Source: Vampirovibrionales bacterium
GTDB lineage: Bacteria; Cyanobacteriota; Vampirovibrionia; Vampirovibrionales; JAJTHC01
Direction: 5' to 3'
Assembly: GCA_044348005.1 (NCBI GenBank)
Contig: JBIKTR010000010.1
Location: 225 to 64,224 of the forward strand
Length of the DNA stretch: 64,000 nucleotides
Part shown: piece by piece, positions 55,850 through 64,000 of the stretch
How the letters are laid out: each line of letters opens with the position of its first letter
Numbering within the stretch: position 1 is the stretch's first letter
Notes under the pieces: model-generated
Databases searched by the model: none
The model's input: only the letters and a program-made list of their open reading frames with translations
What the model was told of the DNA's origin: nothing
Program-made: the position numbers and the translations under genes

Positions 55850-55956
55850 AAACCGCCTTTAGAGGTGTTGGAGACCTTTGGCGGAGCAAAGGTCTCTGAC
55901 GACGACCATCGTTAAAATAAAATGAAAATCTAAAAAGCTACACAACTCATTATCAA

Positions 55957-57237
55957 CTAAAAGGTGACTTCTTCCAAACCGTTCATATAAGACACCAACG
56001 CCTTGGGAAGGCGAAGGGTGTGAGCATCCACTTGGTAATTTTCTAAAATGGCGGCCACGGTTCGACCCACCGCAATGCCTGAACCATTCAGCGTGTGACA
56101 AAACTGAGGCTTTTCCCCTTCCGTTGCACGATACCGCAAGTTCATGCGACGAGCCTGAAAGTCCAACGTATTCGAGCAACTGGAAATTTCTCGATAGACG
56201 CCTTGACTGGGCATCCACACTTCAAGATCATACGTCTTGGCGGCAGAAAAGCCAAGATCCCCCGTACATAGGGACACCACGCGATACGGCAATTCCAATA
56301 GCTGTAAAATCGCTTCGGCATGGCGGGTGAGGGCTTCAAGGGCTTCAAATGAACGTTCTGCCGTGGTGATATGTACGAGTTCTACTTTGTCAAACTGGTG
56401 TTGTCGAATGAGGCCACGGGTGTCTCGTCCCGCACTGCCGGCTTCGCGTCTAAAGCACGGGGTGTGTGCCGTAAATTGCATCGGCAATTGAGCGCCTTCC
56501 ACGATTTCATCCCGATACAAATTGGTAATCGGCACTTCAGATGTCGGAATCAAATACAACGCTTCTTCAGAAACTTTGTACATGTCTTCCGCAAACTTAG
56601 GCAGTTGCCCAGTGCCTGTCATACTCGCTTCATTCACCAGCAAAGGCAACACAAGTTCTTCATAGCCGTGTTGAATGGTATGGACATCCAACATCAGGCG
56701 AATTAAAGATCTGACCAACAGGGCGCCGTTGCCACGAAAGACGCAAAAGCGAGACTTGGCGAGTTTGACGCCTCGTTCAAAATCTATCCAATTCAAAGCA
56801 ACCCCAGTGTCCCAGTGGGGTTGCCCCTCTGCGTGGGGACGAGCTTTAAACTCACATCCCCACCGGCGGATTTCTTCATTGTCTTCTTCCGTGCTGCCGT
56901 CTTTCACCGATTTATGGGGTAGGTTGGGCAAGCTCATAACAATGCGGTCTTGCTCTTCGGCGAGGGCGTCTTTTTCGCTTTCAATGGCTTTAATCCGTTC
57001 AGAAACGTGCTTGGCCGTTTCCATCACGGCATCGGCATTTTCGCCCGCTTTTTTTAGGGTGGCGAGTTCTTTATTTAAGGCGTTACGCTGGTTGCGCAGG
57101 CCTTCTTCTTCTTGCAGTAAGGCACGGCGTTTTTCGTCAAGGCCTAGCACGGCTTGAAGGGAAAAATCGGGGTTACGCCGTTGTAAGGCTTTTTCAACGG
57201 TGTGGGGGTCTTGGCGAAGGGCTTTAATATCAAGCAT
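55957..57237 (-). CDS. serS: serine--tRNA ligase
   Basis: N-terminal coiled-coil tRNA-binding arm. Class II core motifs (...FRREAGSAGRDTRGLIRQHQF...). 426 aa. Confidence 0.9.
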   Translation of the reverse strand: MLDIKALRQDPHTVEKALQRRNPDFSLQAVLGLDEKRRALLQEEEGLRNQRNALNKELATLKKAGENADAVMETAKHVSERIKAIESEKDALAEEQDRIVMSLPNLPHKSVKDGSTEEDNEEIRRWGCEFKARPHAEGQPHWDTGVALNWIDFERGVKLAKSRFCVFRGNGALLVRSLIRLMLDVHTIQHGYEELVLPLLVNEASMTGTGQLPKFAEDMYKVSEEALYLIPTSEVPITNLYRDEIVEGAQLPMQFTAHTPCFRREAGSAGRDTRGLIRQHQFDKVELVHITTAERSFEALEALTRHAEAILQLLELPYRVVSLCTGDLGFSAAKTYDLEVWMPSQGVYREISSCSNTLDFQARRMNLRYRATEGEKPQFCHTLNGSGIAVGRTVAAILENYQVDAHTLRLPKALVSYMNGLEEVTF

Positions 57238-57278
57238 GGGCGGAAGATCTTCTTGAGCTAAAGGCTAATAACGTAGGC

Positions 57279-57686
57279 TTAAATGGCAGATTCCACAATA
57301 GACAAAGCACTTATTTGGGCGCCTTCAACGGCATCCAACACTTTCATGCTGGTGGCGTGCAAGGCCTGAGGGCTTAGGTGGAGGATCACACCATCCGGAA
57401 ACGTGGTTTTTAAGGTTCGTAATTGTTGGGTTAAATCGTTGGATTCTACCCACAATTGGTCGTTTACCTTAATTTCATTCGTGGGTAAAATGTCAATTTC
57501 AATGACTTTTTGTTCTTTTTGAAGGGTGGGTGAAGCTTCTGACACGCTAGGCAGGTTAATACTGAGCCCTTGACTGTTGAGCATGGGGGCCACCACCATC
57601 ATAATAATCAGTAATACCAAGAAAATATCCGTCAAGGGAGTAATGTTAATGGCATCAAAATGCTTAAGGCGCTTAGAACTCGTCAT
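57279..57686 (-). CDS. exbD: ExbD/TolR family biopolymer transport protein
   Basis: MTSSKRLKHFDAINITPLTDIFLVLLIIMMV TM-anchored N-terminus typical of ExbD/TolR. Start moved to internal Met so it abuts the upstream exbD. Confidence 0.7.
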   Translation of the reverse strand: MTSSKRLKHFDAINITPLTDIFLVLLIIMMVVAPMLNSQGLSINLPSVSEASPTLQKEQKVIEIDILPTNEIKVNDQLWVESNDLTQQLRTLKTTFPDGVILHLSPQALHATSMKVLDAVEGAQISALSIVESAI

Positions 57687-58134
57687 GAGAAGAGGCTCCT
57701 TCTTCAGTCGTTGCAGGTTGTTCTTGGGCCACTTTCTTTGTGGCAAGCGTCTGCCCTTCAAACACGATTCGTTCAACGCCTGTACCGGCGACTGCTTTCA
57801 TGACGGTTAACACCGTTTTGTTAGAACTGGCTTTGTCCGCCCGTAATAACACTTTTTGTTCTGTAACGGTAGGCAGTAAGGCCTTTATTTTGGCCCCTAA
57901 GTCGCTTGCTTGAACGGGTTCACCTTGAACCTCATAATGACCGTCGGCGGAAACATCCACCGTAATGAGATTTTTACTAATGGCCTTGCCATGTTCAAGC
58001 ACAGGCAAAGCCACCGACTCATTTTTCTGAGTAATGCTAGGGGCAATGACCATCATAATAATCAGCAGAACTAGGAAAATATCCGTCAAAGGGGTAATGT
58101 TTATTTCGTCGAAGTGTTTCACTTGAGCAGCCAT
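57673..58134 (-). CDS. exbD: ExbD/TolR family biopolymer transport protein
   Basis: MAAQVKHFDEINITPLTDIFLVLLIIMMVIAP. Paralogue of the downstream gene. Confidence 0.7.
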   Translation of the reverse strand: MAAQVKHFDEINITPLTDIFLVLLIIMMVIAPSITQKNESVALPVLEHGKAISKNLITVDVSADGHYEVQGEPVQASDLGAKIKALLPTVTEQKVLLRADKASSNKTVLTVMKAVAGTGVERIVFEGQTLATKKVAQEQPATTEEGASSHDEF

Positions 58135-58152
58135 AGCGGGAATGAGTCCTTT

Positions 58153-58821
58153 TTAAGCATGAACTGGGTGTTGATGCTGTTCATGTGACGTGGCTGAAGG
58201 AGCATCCACCGAAGAAAGTAAAACGAGCTTGAGTAATTGAAAGTCATTTTCAAAGCTTTCGACTTTGGATCTAAAATAGTTATTCGCCACAACCGCCACA
58301 ATCGCTACGCCCAAACCAAAGGCAGTGGCAATTAACGCAGAACCAATGCCGAACATCACTTGAGACGCCTGCCCTTGACTGGAATTGGCCATTTCTCCGA
58401 AGGTTAATAAAATACGCACCACGGTGCCAAATAAACCTAAGTAGGGGGCAATGGTACCCACGGTGCCTAACACGTTTAAGCCTTGTTCTAGGCGACGCAA
58501 AGCCAGCGCAATGGTAATGTCAAAGGCACTGCCAAAGGCTTTGGCATCCCGCGCGTGCTGACGAAGGAGTTGAATCCCTTCTTGGCTGACACGGCCATAA
58601 ATGCCGCCGAGCTGTTCACTAATAGCCAGGGCGTTGTCATAATTATGCTTGGCCAGTTCACGTTGCAAGCGTTGCACAAAGGATTCTAACTCACGTTCTT
58701 GGCTTTTGAAAAAGCTCAAGCGCTTAAATACGACGGCACCTGTAATCAAAGACGCCACCACAATGGGAGACAACACGGCCCAGTCATGTTGCAAGGTAAA
58801 CATCAGTAATTTAAAATCCAT
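58153..58821 (-). CDS. exbB: MotA/TolQ/ExbB proton-channel family protein
   Basis: Three TM segments and a conserved ...LGTVGTIAPYLGLFGTVVRI... region. Start set at internal Met preceded by GGAGAGGAG. Confidence 0.75.
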   Translation of the reverse strand: MDFKLLMFTLQHDWAVLSPIVVASLITGAVVFKRLSFFKSQERELESFVQRLQRELAKHNYDNALAISEQLGGIYGRVSQEGIQLLRQHARDAKAFGSAFDITIALALRRLEQGLNVLGTVGTIAPYLGLFGTVVRILLTFGEMANSSQGQASQVMFGIGSALIATAFGLGVAIVAVVANNYFRSKVESFENDFQLLKLVLLSSVDAPSATSHEQHQHPVHA

Positions 58822-58914
58822 TGAAAAAAGCTCCTCTCCAAAGCACATCATACAGTATATAAGTATAGAGTATAATTACAATTCGGGAAAGTCTTTTCCT
58901 AAAGCAAATTAAAA

Positions 58915-59376
58915 CTATCGGCCTGAACCCAGTTCAACCGATCGTGACGCCATGCTTTTTAAAATGCCATATACCGACAAGTTTGCTTCAAACATGCGGT
59001 TGGCCATTAAAGCATCGGCCATATCCACCAGTGGGTTGGCGGTGGATGCTTCTACATAACCGTTGGCATCCGCTGCGGGGTGATAGGGCATATAGAGTTG
59101 TGTGCCTTTGGTGGGGTCGCTTATCGTGCCTGACATGGTGACGCCTGCTTCGCCTAGATTGTTCAACGTATTGGCTGGCACGCCCGACGCCGAGGCTTTC
59201 ACATTGCCCATTAAGTCCGCAAACGGCACTTGCACTTGCTGGCTGAGTATGGGAATCTGACGCTTGTAACCGGGTGTTCCCAAATTTGCCATGTTCGTGG
59301 CGTGGACTTGGGCGCGTTGGGCATGGGTCGTCATGCCTGAAGAAGAAATGTTCATGGCGTTGAGTAATGTCATTAT
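58915..59376 (-). CDS. flgC: flagellar basal-body rod protein FlgC-like
   Basis: N-terminus ...SGMTTHAQRAQVHATNMANLGTPGYKRQ and C-terminus ANPLVDMADALMANRMFEANLSVYGILKSMA match rod-protein conserved termini. Start at internal Met with GGAGG SD. Confidence 0.55.
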   Translation of the reverse strand: MMTLLNAMNISSSGMTTHAQRAQVHATNMANLGTPGYKRQIPILSQQVQVPFADLMGNVKASASGVPANTLNNLGEAGVTMSGTISDPTKGTQLYMPYHPAADANGYVEASTANPLVDMADALMANRMFEANLSVYGILKSMASRSVELGSGR

Positions 59377-59596
59377 AAATAGCCTCCGTGTTATAGGGTT
59401 TGAAGCCCTTTCGACGTTTTTCAACGTAAGCTGTAGGGGCATCGGTGGAATGGAGGGGGCTTTAATCTTCCCCAAAAAAGCCCCTTGTTTTACTTCTTTA
59501 TGTTTCTGTTGTATAATACCCGCAACGTGTAAAAGCGATTGATAAATAACGGTTTGCGACGCAAGCCCTGATGTAAAGAAAGTAGATTCTAATTTT

Positions 59597-61945
59597 ATGA
59601 TGATGTCTCAAGAAACCTTGACCCACCCCCAACAGTCGGGTGAATTTGGTATTAAAAGCCCTACGCTTGACGCTTTTTACCCTGAAATGAAACGCGCTCA
59701 ATTTGACATTGGTGGAAAAACCGTTTACGTCGAAACAGGACGTATTTCTCGTGCGGCTGGCGGTTCGATTATTTTACAATGTGGTGAAACCACTGTAATG
59801 GCCAACGCCACGGCCAGTGAAACCCCTCGCGCTGGGATTGATTTCTTCCCATTGCTCATTGATTATGAAGAAAAGCTCTATTCTGTTGGTCGCATTCCTG
59901 GTGGTTACAACAAGCGTGAAGCTCGCCCGAGTGAAAAAGCGATTTTAACCTCTCGTTTGATTGATCGCCCTATTCGTCCTCTTTTCCCTGATGGCTTCCG
60001 TAACGATGTGCAAATCGTCGTCAATGGCTTGGCCAGCGATCACGAAAACCCCATGGATGCCTTGGCTATTTTAGCCGCGTCTTTTGCGTTGACGCTGTGT
60101 AAAAATGCGCCGTTTCAAGGGCCGATCGGTGCGGTTCGTGTGGGTAAAGTCGACGGCTCGTTAATCGCTAACCCGACTTACAAGCAAATGGCTGAAAGTC
60201 CTTTAGACTTGGTCGTTGCAGGGACTAAAGATTCCATTATGATGGTGGAAGCAGGCGCCGATTTCGTCACCGAAGACGAACTCATCGAAGCCTTGGATTT
60301 CGCTCATAAAGAAATTAAAAACCAAGTCGCGGCTCAAGAAGCCTTTGCACACCTTTGCGGGGTGCCTGTGGTGAAAGCGTTTACCCCTGAATTTGACAAC
60401 AGCCCTGTTGTTGAGTTCTTGAAGGCGAATTATTACGACAAAGTCAATGCCGCTTATCACAATGAAGATCGTGACGGACGCAAAGATTTGGTCGCTTCGA
60501 TTAAAGAAGAGGCTAAAAAAGCCCTCGAAGCCTTGGGTGAAGACCACGACTTGAACGTCCTCATCAAGGCTCAAGATGTGCCTGTTTTCAGCGAATCCTT
60601 CAAATCGCTTGAGAAAAAAGTCATGCGAGCCATGGTCGTCAACGAAGGCGTGCGTGCCGATGGCCGTAATTCTGAAGAAATTCGCCCCATTAAGTGCCAT
60701 GTAGGCGTGCTGCCTCGTGTGCATGGTTCCGCTTTGTTCACACGTGGAGGCACTCAAGTGCTATCAATCGCAACGCTTGGTTCACCGGGGGATCTTCAAC
60801 GCTTAGACGGCGTTGAGCCTGACACCGAAAAACGCTGGATGCACCACTACAATTTCCCCGCCTATAGTGTAGGCGAAGTGCGCCCCAACCGTGGGGCAGG
60901 GCGTCGTGAAATTGGTCACGGGTGCTTGGCTGAACGTGCGGTTGCGGCTTCTTTACCGAAACAAGCGGACTTTCCCTACACCTTGCGTGTGGTGAGTGAA
61001 GTTGTTGCGTCGAATGGTTCAACCTCTATGGGTTCCACTTGCGGAGCGACGCTTGCCTTAATGGATGCTGGGGTGCCGATTGAAAAAGTCGTAGGCGGTA
61101 TTGCCATGGGTCTGATTAAAGAAGGCGACAAATCCGTTATTTTATCCGACATTCAAGGCCTTGAAGACTTCTTGGGTGACATGGACTTTAAAGTCACGGG
61201 TAATACCGAAGGCGTTACGGCCCTTCAAATGGATATTAAAATCCAAGGGATTTCCATTGACATTATGCGTCAAGCCTTAGAGCAAGCTCGTCAAGGACGT
61301 TTGCACATTTTACAAAAAATGGCTGAAGCCCTTCCGAAGTCTCGTCCTGACTTGTCGACCTATGCCCCTCGCATTGAAACGATCAAAATTGATCAAGACC
61401 AAATCGGTACGGTTATTGGCCCAGGTGGTAAAATGATTCGCTCCATTATTGAAGAAACGGGCGCCACCATTGATATTAACGACGAAGGTTTGGTTCATAT
61501 CTCCACAAACGACGGCGTGGCCATGGCTGCGGCGCGTAAGAAGATTGAAGATTTGACCCGTAAGTTTGAACCTGGCATGTTGATCAAAGGAACAGTGCAA
61601 AGTATTATTCCCATTGGAGCGTTTGTTCAACTAGCGCCAGGTAAAGACGGCATGATTCACATTTCACAATTCCCTTGCCGAGTCGGTATTATTGAAGATG
61701 CCGTCAACATTGGGGATGAAGTCGTGGTTCGTGTGACTGCCATTGACGAACGGGGTCGTACCAATCTTTCGATGAAAGATGTGACCGATGAAGAGCGTGC
61801 CAGCTTTGGCTTGGCACCGTTCGTGGTGCCTGAAACCTTGAGCGAACGCCCTGAACGCGAAGAGCGTCCTGATCGTGGAGGCTTTCGTGGCGGTGGTGGC
61901 GGTGGAAACCGTGGGGGTCGCGGAGGCGGTCGCGAACGCTATTAG
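59597..61945 (+). CDS. pnp: polyribonucleotide nucleotidyltransferase (PNPase)
   Basis: Two RNase PH-like domains, KH (IGPGGKMIRSIIEETGA) and S1 domains. RGG-rich C-terminal tail. 782 aa. Confidence 0.92.
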   Translation: MMMSQETLTHPQQSGEFGIKSPTLDAFYPEMKRAQFDIGGKTVYVETGRISRAAGGSIILQCGETTVMANATASETPRAGIDFFPLLIDYEEKLYSVGRIPGGYNKREARPSEKAILTSRLIDRPIRPLFPDGFRNDVQIVVNGLASDHENPMDALAILAASFALTLCKNAPFQGPIGAVRVGKVDGSLIANPTYKQMAESPLDLVVAGTKDSIMMVEAGADFVTEDELIEALDFAHKEIKNQVAAQEAFAHLCGVPVVKAFTPEFDNSPVVEFLKANYYDKVNAAYHNEDRDGRKDLVASIKEEAKKALEALGEDHDLNVLIKAQDVPVFSESFKSLEKKVMRAMVVNEGVRADGRNSEEIRPIKCHVGVLPRVHGSALFTRGGTQVLSIATLGSPGDLQRLDGVEPDTEKRWMHHYNFPAYSVGEVRPNRGAGRREIGHGCLAERAVAASLPKQADFPYTLRVVSEVVASNGSTSMGSTCGATLALMDAGVPIEKVVGGIAMGLIKEGDKSVILSDIQGLEDFLGDMDFKVTGNTEGVTALQMDIKIQGISIDIMRQALEQARQGRLHILQKMAEALPKSRPDLSTYAPRIETIKIDQDQIGTVIGPGGKMIRSIIEETGATIDINDEGLVHISTNDGVAMAAARKKIEDLTRKFEPGMLIKGTVQSIIPIGAFVQLAPGKDGMIHISQFPCRVGIIEDAVNIGDEVVVRVTAIDERGRTNLSMKDVTDEERASFGLAPFVVPETLSERPEREERPDRGGFRGGGGGGNRGGRGGGRERY

Positions 61946-61970
61946 GTAATCACCTGAACTTGTTTTAAAA

Positions 61971-61999
61971 AGGGATGCTCTAACAGGCATCCCTTTTTT
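61971..61999 (+). terminator. rho-independent terminator after pnp (GGGATGC...GCATCCC followed by T6)
   Basis: Stem-loop and T-run read directly, 25 nt after the pnp stop. Confidence 0.55.
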
Positions 62000-62121
62000 G
62001 GTGGAGTTGAGTTCACCTGTTTTGAACCCCAGGGGAAAAGGTTTCTTTATAAGCCCTAGCATCTTTTTGGCTTGAGGGTGTTTTATGTGACTAATGGAAC
62101 TCGATTTTTTAGGAAACCTAA

Positions 62122-62733
62122 ATGGCAAGCCTTCCTTTTTCATCAACCCCTTTTCGTCCTTCTGGTATGCCCACCCCCCTAACGGCTTCGATGCAGGCGC
62201 CTTCGCCGATGCCTTCTCCTTTTTCGCAAGCCCTCCCTCCACCCCATCGGGATGAAGCGTCTTTCAACGCGCGGTTGTTTGCCGTCTTAAATTCACTTGA
62301 ACAACGTAATGAACAACGCCCAGAAGCGCCTGTGCCTGCTTATGTGAAATGGGGACTCCCTTTTTTGGTGGTGAGCCAAGTGGCTACGTTGGCGTTGTTG
62401 GCCTTTAACATGAAGGAAATGTCGGCTTTAAAGTCGTGCCAAAGCAGTATGGAAAATACGGTTGATCGGATTGAAAAGGATTTACTAAAGAAAGCATCGT
62501 TTCAAGATATTTTAGTCGGGGCGCAGGAATTGATTTCAAGCGCGACCCCGACTAACCCTGATCTACAGCCCTTAAGTGATGCTATTCAACAGCTCGTCAG
62601 GGATTCAAACTCCAAAAGCCCCATTGAAGTCGCCACAAAGATTGTTCAAACTGTCAACAAGCTTCAAAAAGGACGTTGGTCGGGTTTTAAGGTTTGTTTA
62701 AAGGCATTTTATGCTCAAGGACTACTTCGCTAG
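62122..62733 (+). CDS. hypothetical membrane protein (P/S-rich N-terminus, single TM)
   Basis: TM WGLPFLVVSQVATLALLAF. AGGAAA SD. No motif. Confidence 0.4.
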   Translation: MASLPFSSTPFRPSGMPTPLTASMQAPSPMPSPFSQALPPPHRDEASFNARLFAVLNSLEQRNEQRPEAPVPAYVKWGLPFLVVSQVATLALLAFNMKEMSALKSCQSSMENTVDRIEKDLLKKASFQDILVGAQELISSATPTNPDLQPLSDAIQQLVRDSNSKSPIEVATKIVQTVNKLQKGRWSGFKVCLKAFYAQGLLR

Positions 62734-62774
62734 TATAGATAGATCTTTGAGCCTTGGGGTAATCGCCTGCCCGA

Positions 62775-62815
62775 AAAAAAAAGGGATGCTCTCTCCTTGG
62801 AGAGGCATCCCTTTT
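62775..62815. terminator. bidirectional rho-independent terminator (A8-hairpin-T4) between 62122..62733 (+) and hpf (-)
   Basis: GGGATGCTCTCTCC/GGAGAGGCATCCC hairpin flanked by A-run and T-run. Shares the GGGATGC/GCATCCC stem with the pnp terminator. Confidence 0.5.
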
Positions 62816-62847
62816 CATGTAAGGCTTTTCTGTAGCGACGTGTTGCG

Positions 62848-63324
62848 TTAAGACGCGTAACGTATGCTCTGCACTTCGGCTTCGGCAAAGGCCGCCGCTT
62901 CATTGTCATTAGTAAGTTCTAATTCAATGTGGTAGGCGTCTTCTTCATAGGCTTCAGGCATCTGTTCAAGGTTTTGAATCCGTAAGGTTTCGCCCCCTTG
63001 GCTACGCGCTGATTTTTGTCTCATTAAATGTTTGGACTTGTACTTGGTTAAAGAACGCATGATTTTGTCAACCAATCCATCAATCGAGGCATAGAGATTT
63101 TCACTCGACGCTTCTACTTTGACCATACCACCATTGACATGTAATAAAGCTTCTGCGCAATGGGCTTCACTAATTCGGGGGTTCTTTTGAACAGACAGGT
63201 GAATAGCTACGCTCTGAATAAAGTCAAAATGGGAAAAGACACGTCCCATTTTTTCGAATAACGCATCTTTAATCGCGGGCGTTAATTCGATGTTTCGGCC
63301 ATGAATCGACAGTCTAGTCATCAT
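62848..63324 (-). CDS. hpf: ribosome hibernation promoting factor / sigma-54 modulation protein family
   Basis: MMTRLSIHGRNIELTPAIKDALFEKMGRVFSHFDF... typical of the HPF/RaiA (S30AE) N-terminal domain. 158 aa. Confidence 0.75.
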   Translation of the reverse strand: MMTRLSIHGRNIELTPAIKDALFEKMGRVFSHFDFIQSVAIHLSVQKNPRISEAHCAEALLHVNGGMVKVEASSENLYASIDGLVDKIMRSLTKYKSKHLMRQKSARSQGGETLRIQNLEQMPEAYEEDAYHIELELTNDNEAAAFAEAEVQSIRYAS

Positions 63325-63650
63325 AGTGCTAGATCCTCCTCATTATTCAACTGAAATAGGTAGCCGAGCTACCCAAACCTGACCTGTACTACAAGTATAG
63401 GTTATTTTTAAGTATTCGTCCAGTTAATAAGTAAAGTTTAATTATTGTTACTGGATTGTAACCCTTTTTACAAAAGGCATTTTTATTCTTCTGTATTGTA
63501 ACAATTTGTTTCAAAACCTCAATTCAAGACAGCCTTAATACTTTATTAAAGCACATAGACAGCTAACAGGTTTCATCTTACGACGCACAACCTTTCGAAC
63601 ACCAGAAAATAACCACACATAGAGTATAAAATAGAGGATTTATTATTACC

Positions 63651-64000
63651 ATGTATATGAACAACCCACAGTATGCACCACCCCAAGGCTACCCCACGTA
63701 TGCTCAACAGGGAAGCGGACAGTTCGCCACTCCTCCTTCAGCTGAATTAGTGAACGTTTCATCCACCTTGCAATTGCCTCAAAACATCAGCCGAGTCGGA
63801 GCAGCTTTGTCTCGTGATTTGGCTGGTCAAATCGCCTTGTTTACAGGAAATCCCGGTTTATGGGGGAATGAGTACTCACAAACTTCCATTATTGGTTCAG
63901 CCATCACGCCCGGATTCAGTCTCAGTTCATGGGGCACCCCTGAACAAGGGGGTTTAGCCAGCAACCCCACCACTGCTAGCTTCCCAGGATTCTTCCAGCC
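63651..64000 (+). CDS. hypothetical Q/P/Y-rich protein, 3' end beyond window
   Basis: ATG at 63651 opens a frame that runs to the window end (MYMNNPQYAPPQGYPTYAQQGSGQF...) with no stop, which explains its absence from the track. Composition resembles the N-terminus of the 20733..21686 protein. Confidence 0.4.
   Translation, partial: MYMNNPQYAPPQGYPTYAQQGSGQFATPPSAELVNVSSTLQLPQNISRVGAALSRDLAGQIALFTGNPGLWGNEYSQTSIIGSAITPGFSLSSWGTPEQGGLASNPTTASFPGFFQ

Noticed and set aside
55859-56218. 119-aa and other short minus-strand ORFs overlapping the serS 3' end and the hairpin region (55626..55826, 55859..56218)
   Set aside because: They overlap serS in another frame or lie within the inverted-repeat terminator region, with no ribosome-binding site and no motif.
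61664-62242. 192-aa minus-strand ORF antisense to the pnp 3' end
   Set aside because: Almost entirely antisense to the well-supported pnp RGG-tail region. It has low-complexity K/A/T composition typical of an antisense read of GC-rich codons, so it is most likely spurious.

Overview
This 64-kb window reads as bacterial chromosome at roughly 50% GC with dense housekeeping content and no evident transposase or integrase. The source organism cannot be determined from the sequence alone. Protein low-complexity tails and several membrane hypotheticals are loosely reminiscent of PVC-type bacteria (Planctomycetes/Verrucomicrobia/Chlamydiae superphylum), but this is not established.

Housekeeping genes I can support:
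- nadA, a UvrD-family helicase, tgt, tRNA-Gly, tyrA, topA, purS-purQ, htrA, an Opp-type ABC ATPase, a sigma-28-like factor, thiL-ispD, trpS.
- A class A penicillin-binding protein, tilS-hpt, deoB, rsmB, mrp/apbC, serS, exbB-exbD-exbD, pnp, hpf.

Interspersed with these are many hypothetical proteins, several with Q/P/N/Y-rich or Lys-rich low-complexity segments.

Features I found by reading that the ORF track does not show or shows wrongly:
- A ComEC/Rec2-like competence ORF runs off the left edge (complement 1..2626) and is absent from the track because it has no stop codon inside the window.
- A minus-strand tRNA-Asn/tRNA-Pro pair sits at 29.5-29.9 kb; the track ORF 28915..29622 reads through tRNA-Asn.
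- 6.6 copies of a 21-bp tandem repeat lie in the divergent promoter between the penicillin-binding protein gene and a MotB-like gene.
- Several start codons in the track look too far upstream (topA, exbB, exbD, flgC, purQ, the ABC ATPase, the amidohydrolase).

Candidates for novelty:
- A two-gene cassette at 40.7-42.7 kb whose second protein ends in a Toprim/OLD-like E...DxD nuclease-type domain with no ATPase partner.
- A TilS carrying a histone-H1-like basic N-tail and an acidic C-tail.
- A 1441-aa UvrD helicase with a 700-aa N-terminal extension.
- Three consecutive membrane hypotheticals next to the two tRNAs, one with an HExxH motif.
- An orphan Omp85/TpsB-type transporter beside a His-rich repeat protein.

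All domain calls rest on motifs read by eye. No database search or computation was possible, and several coordinates were hand-derived and could be off by a few bases.
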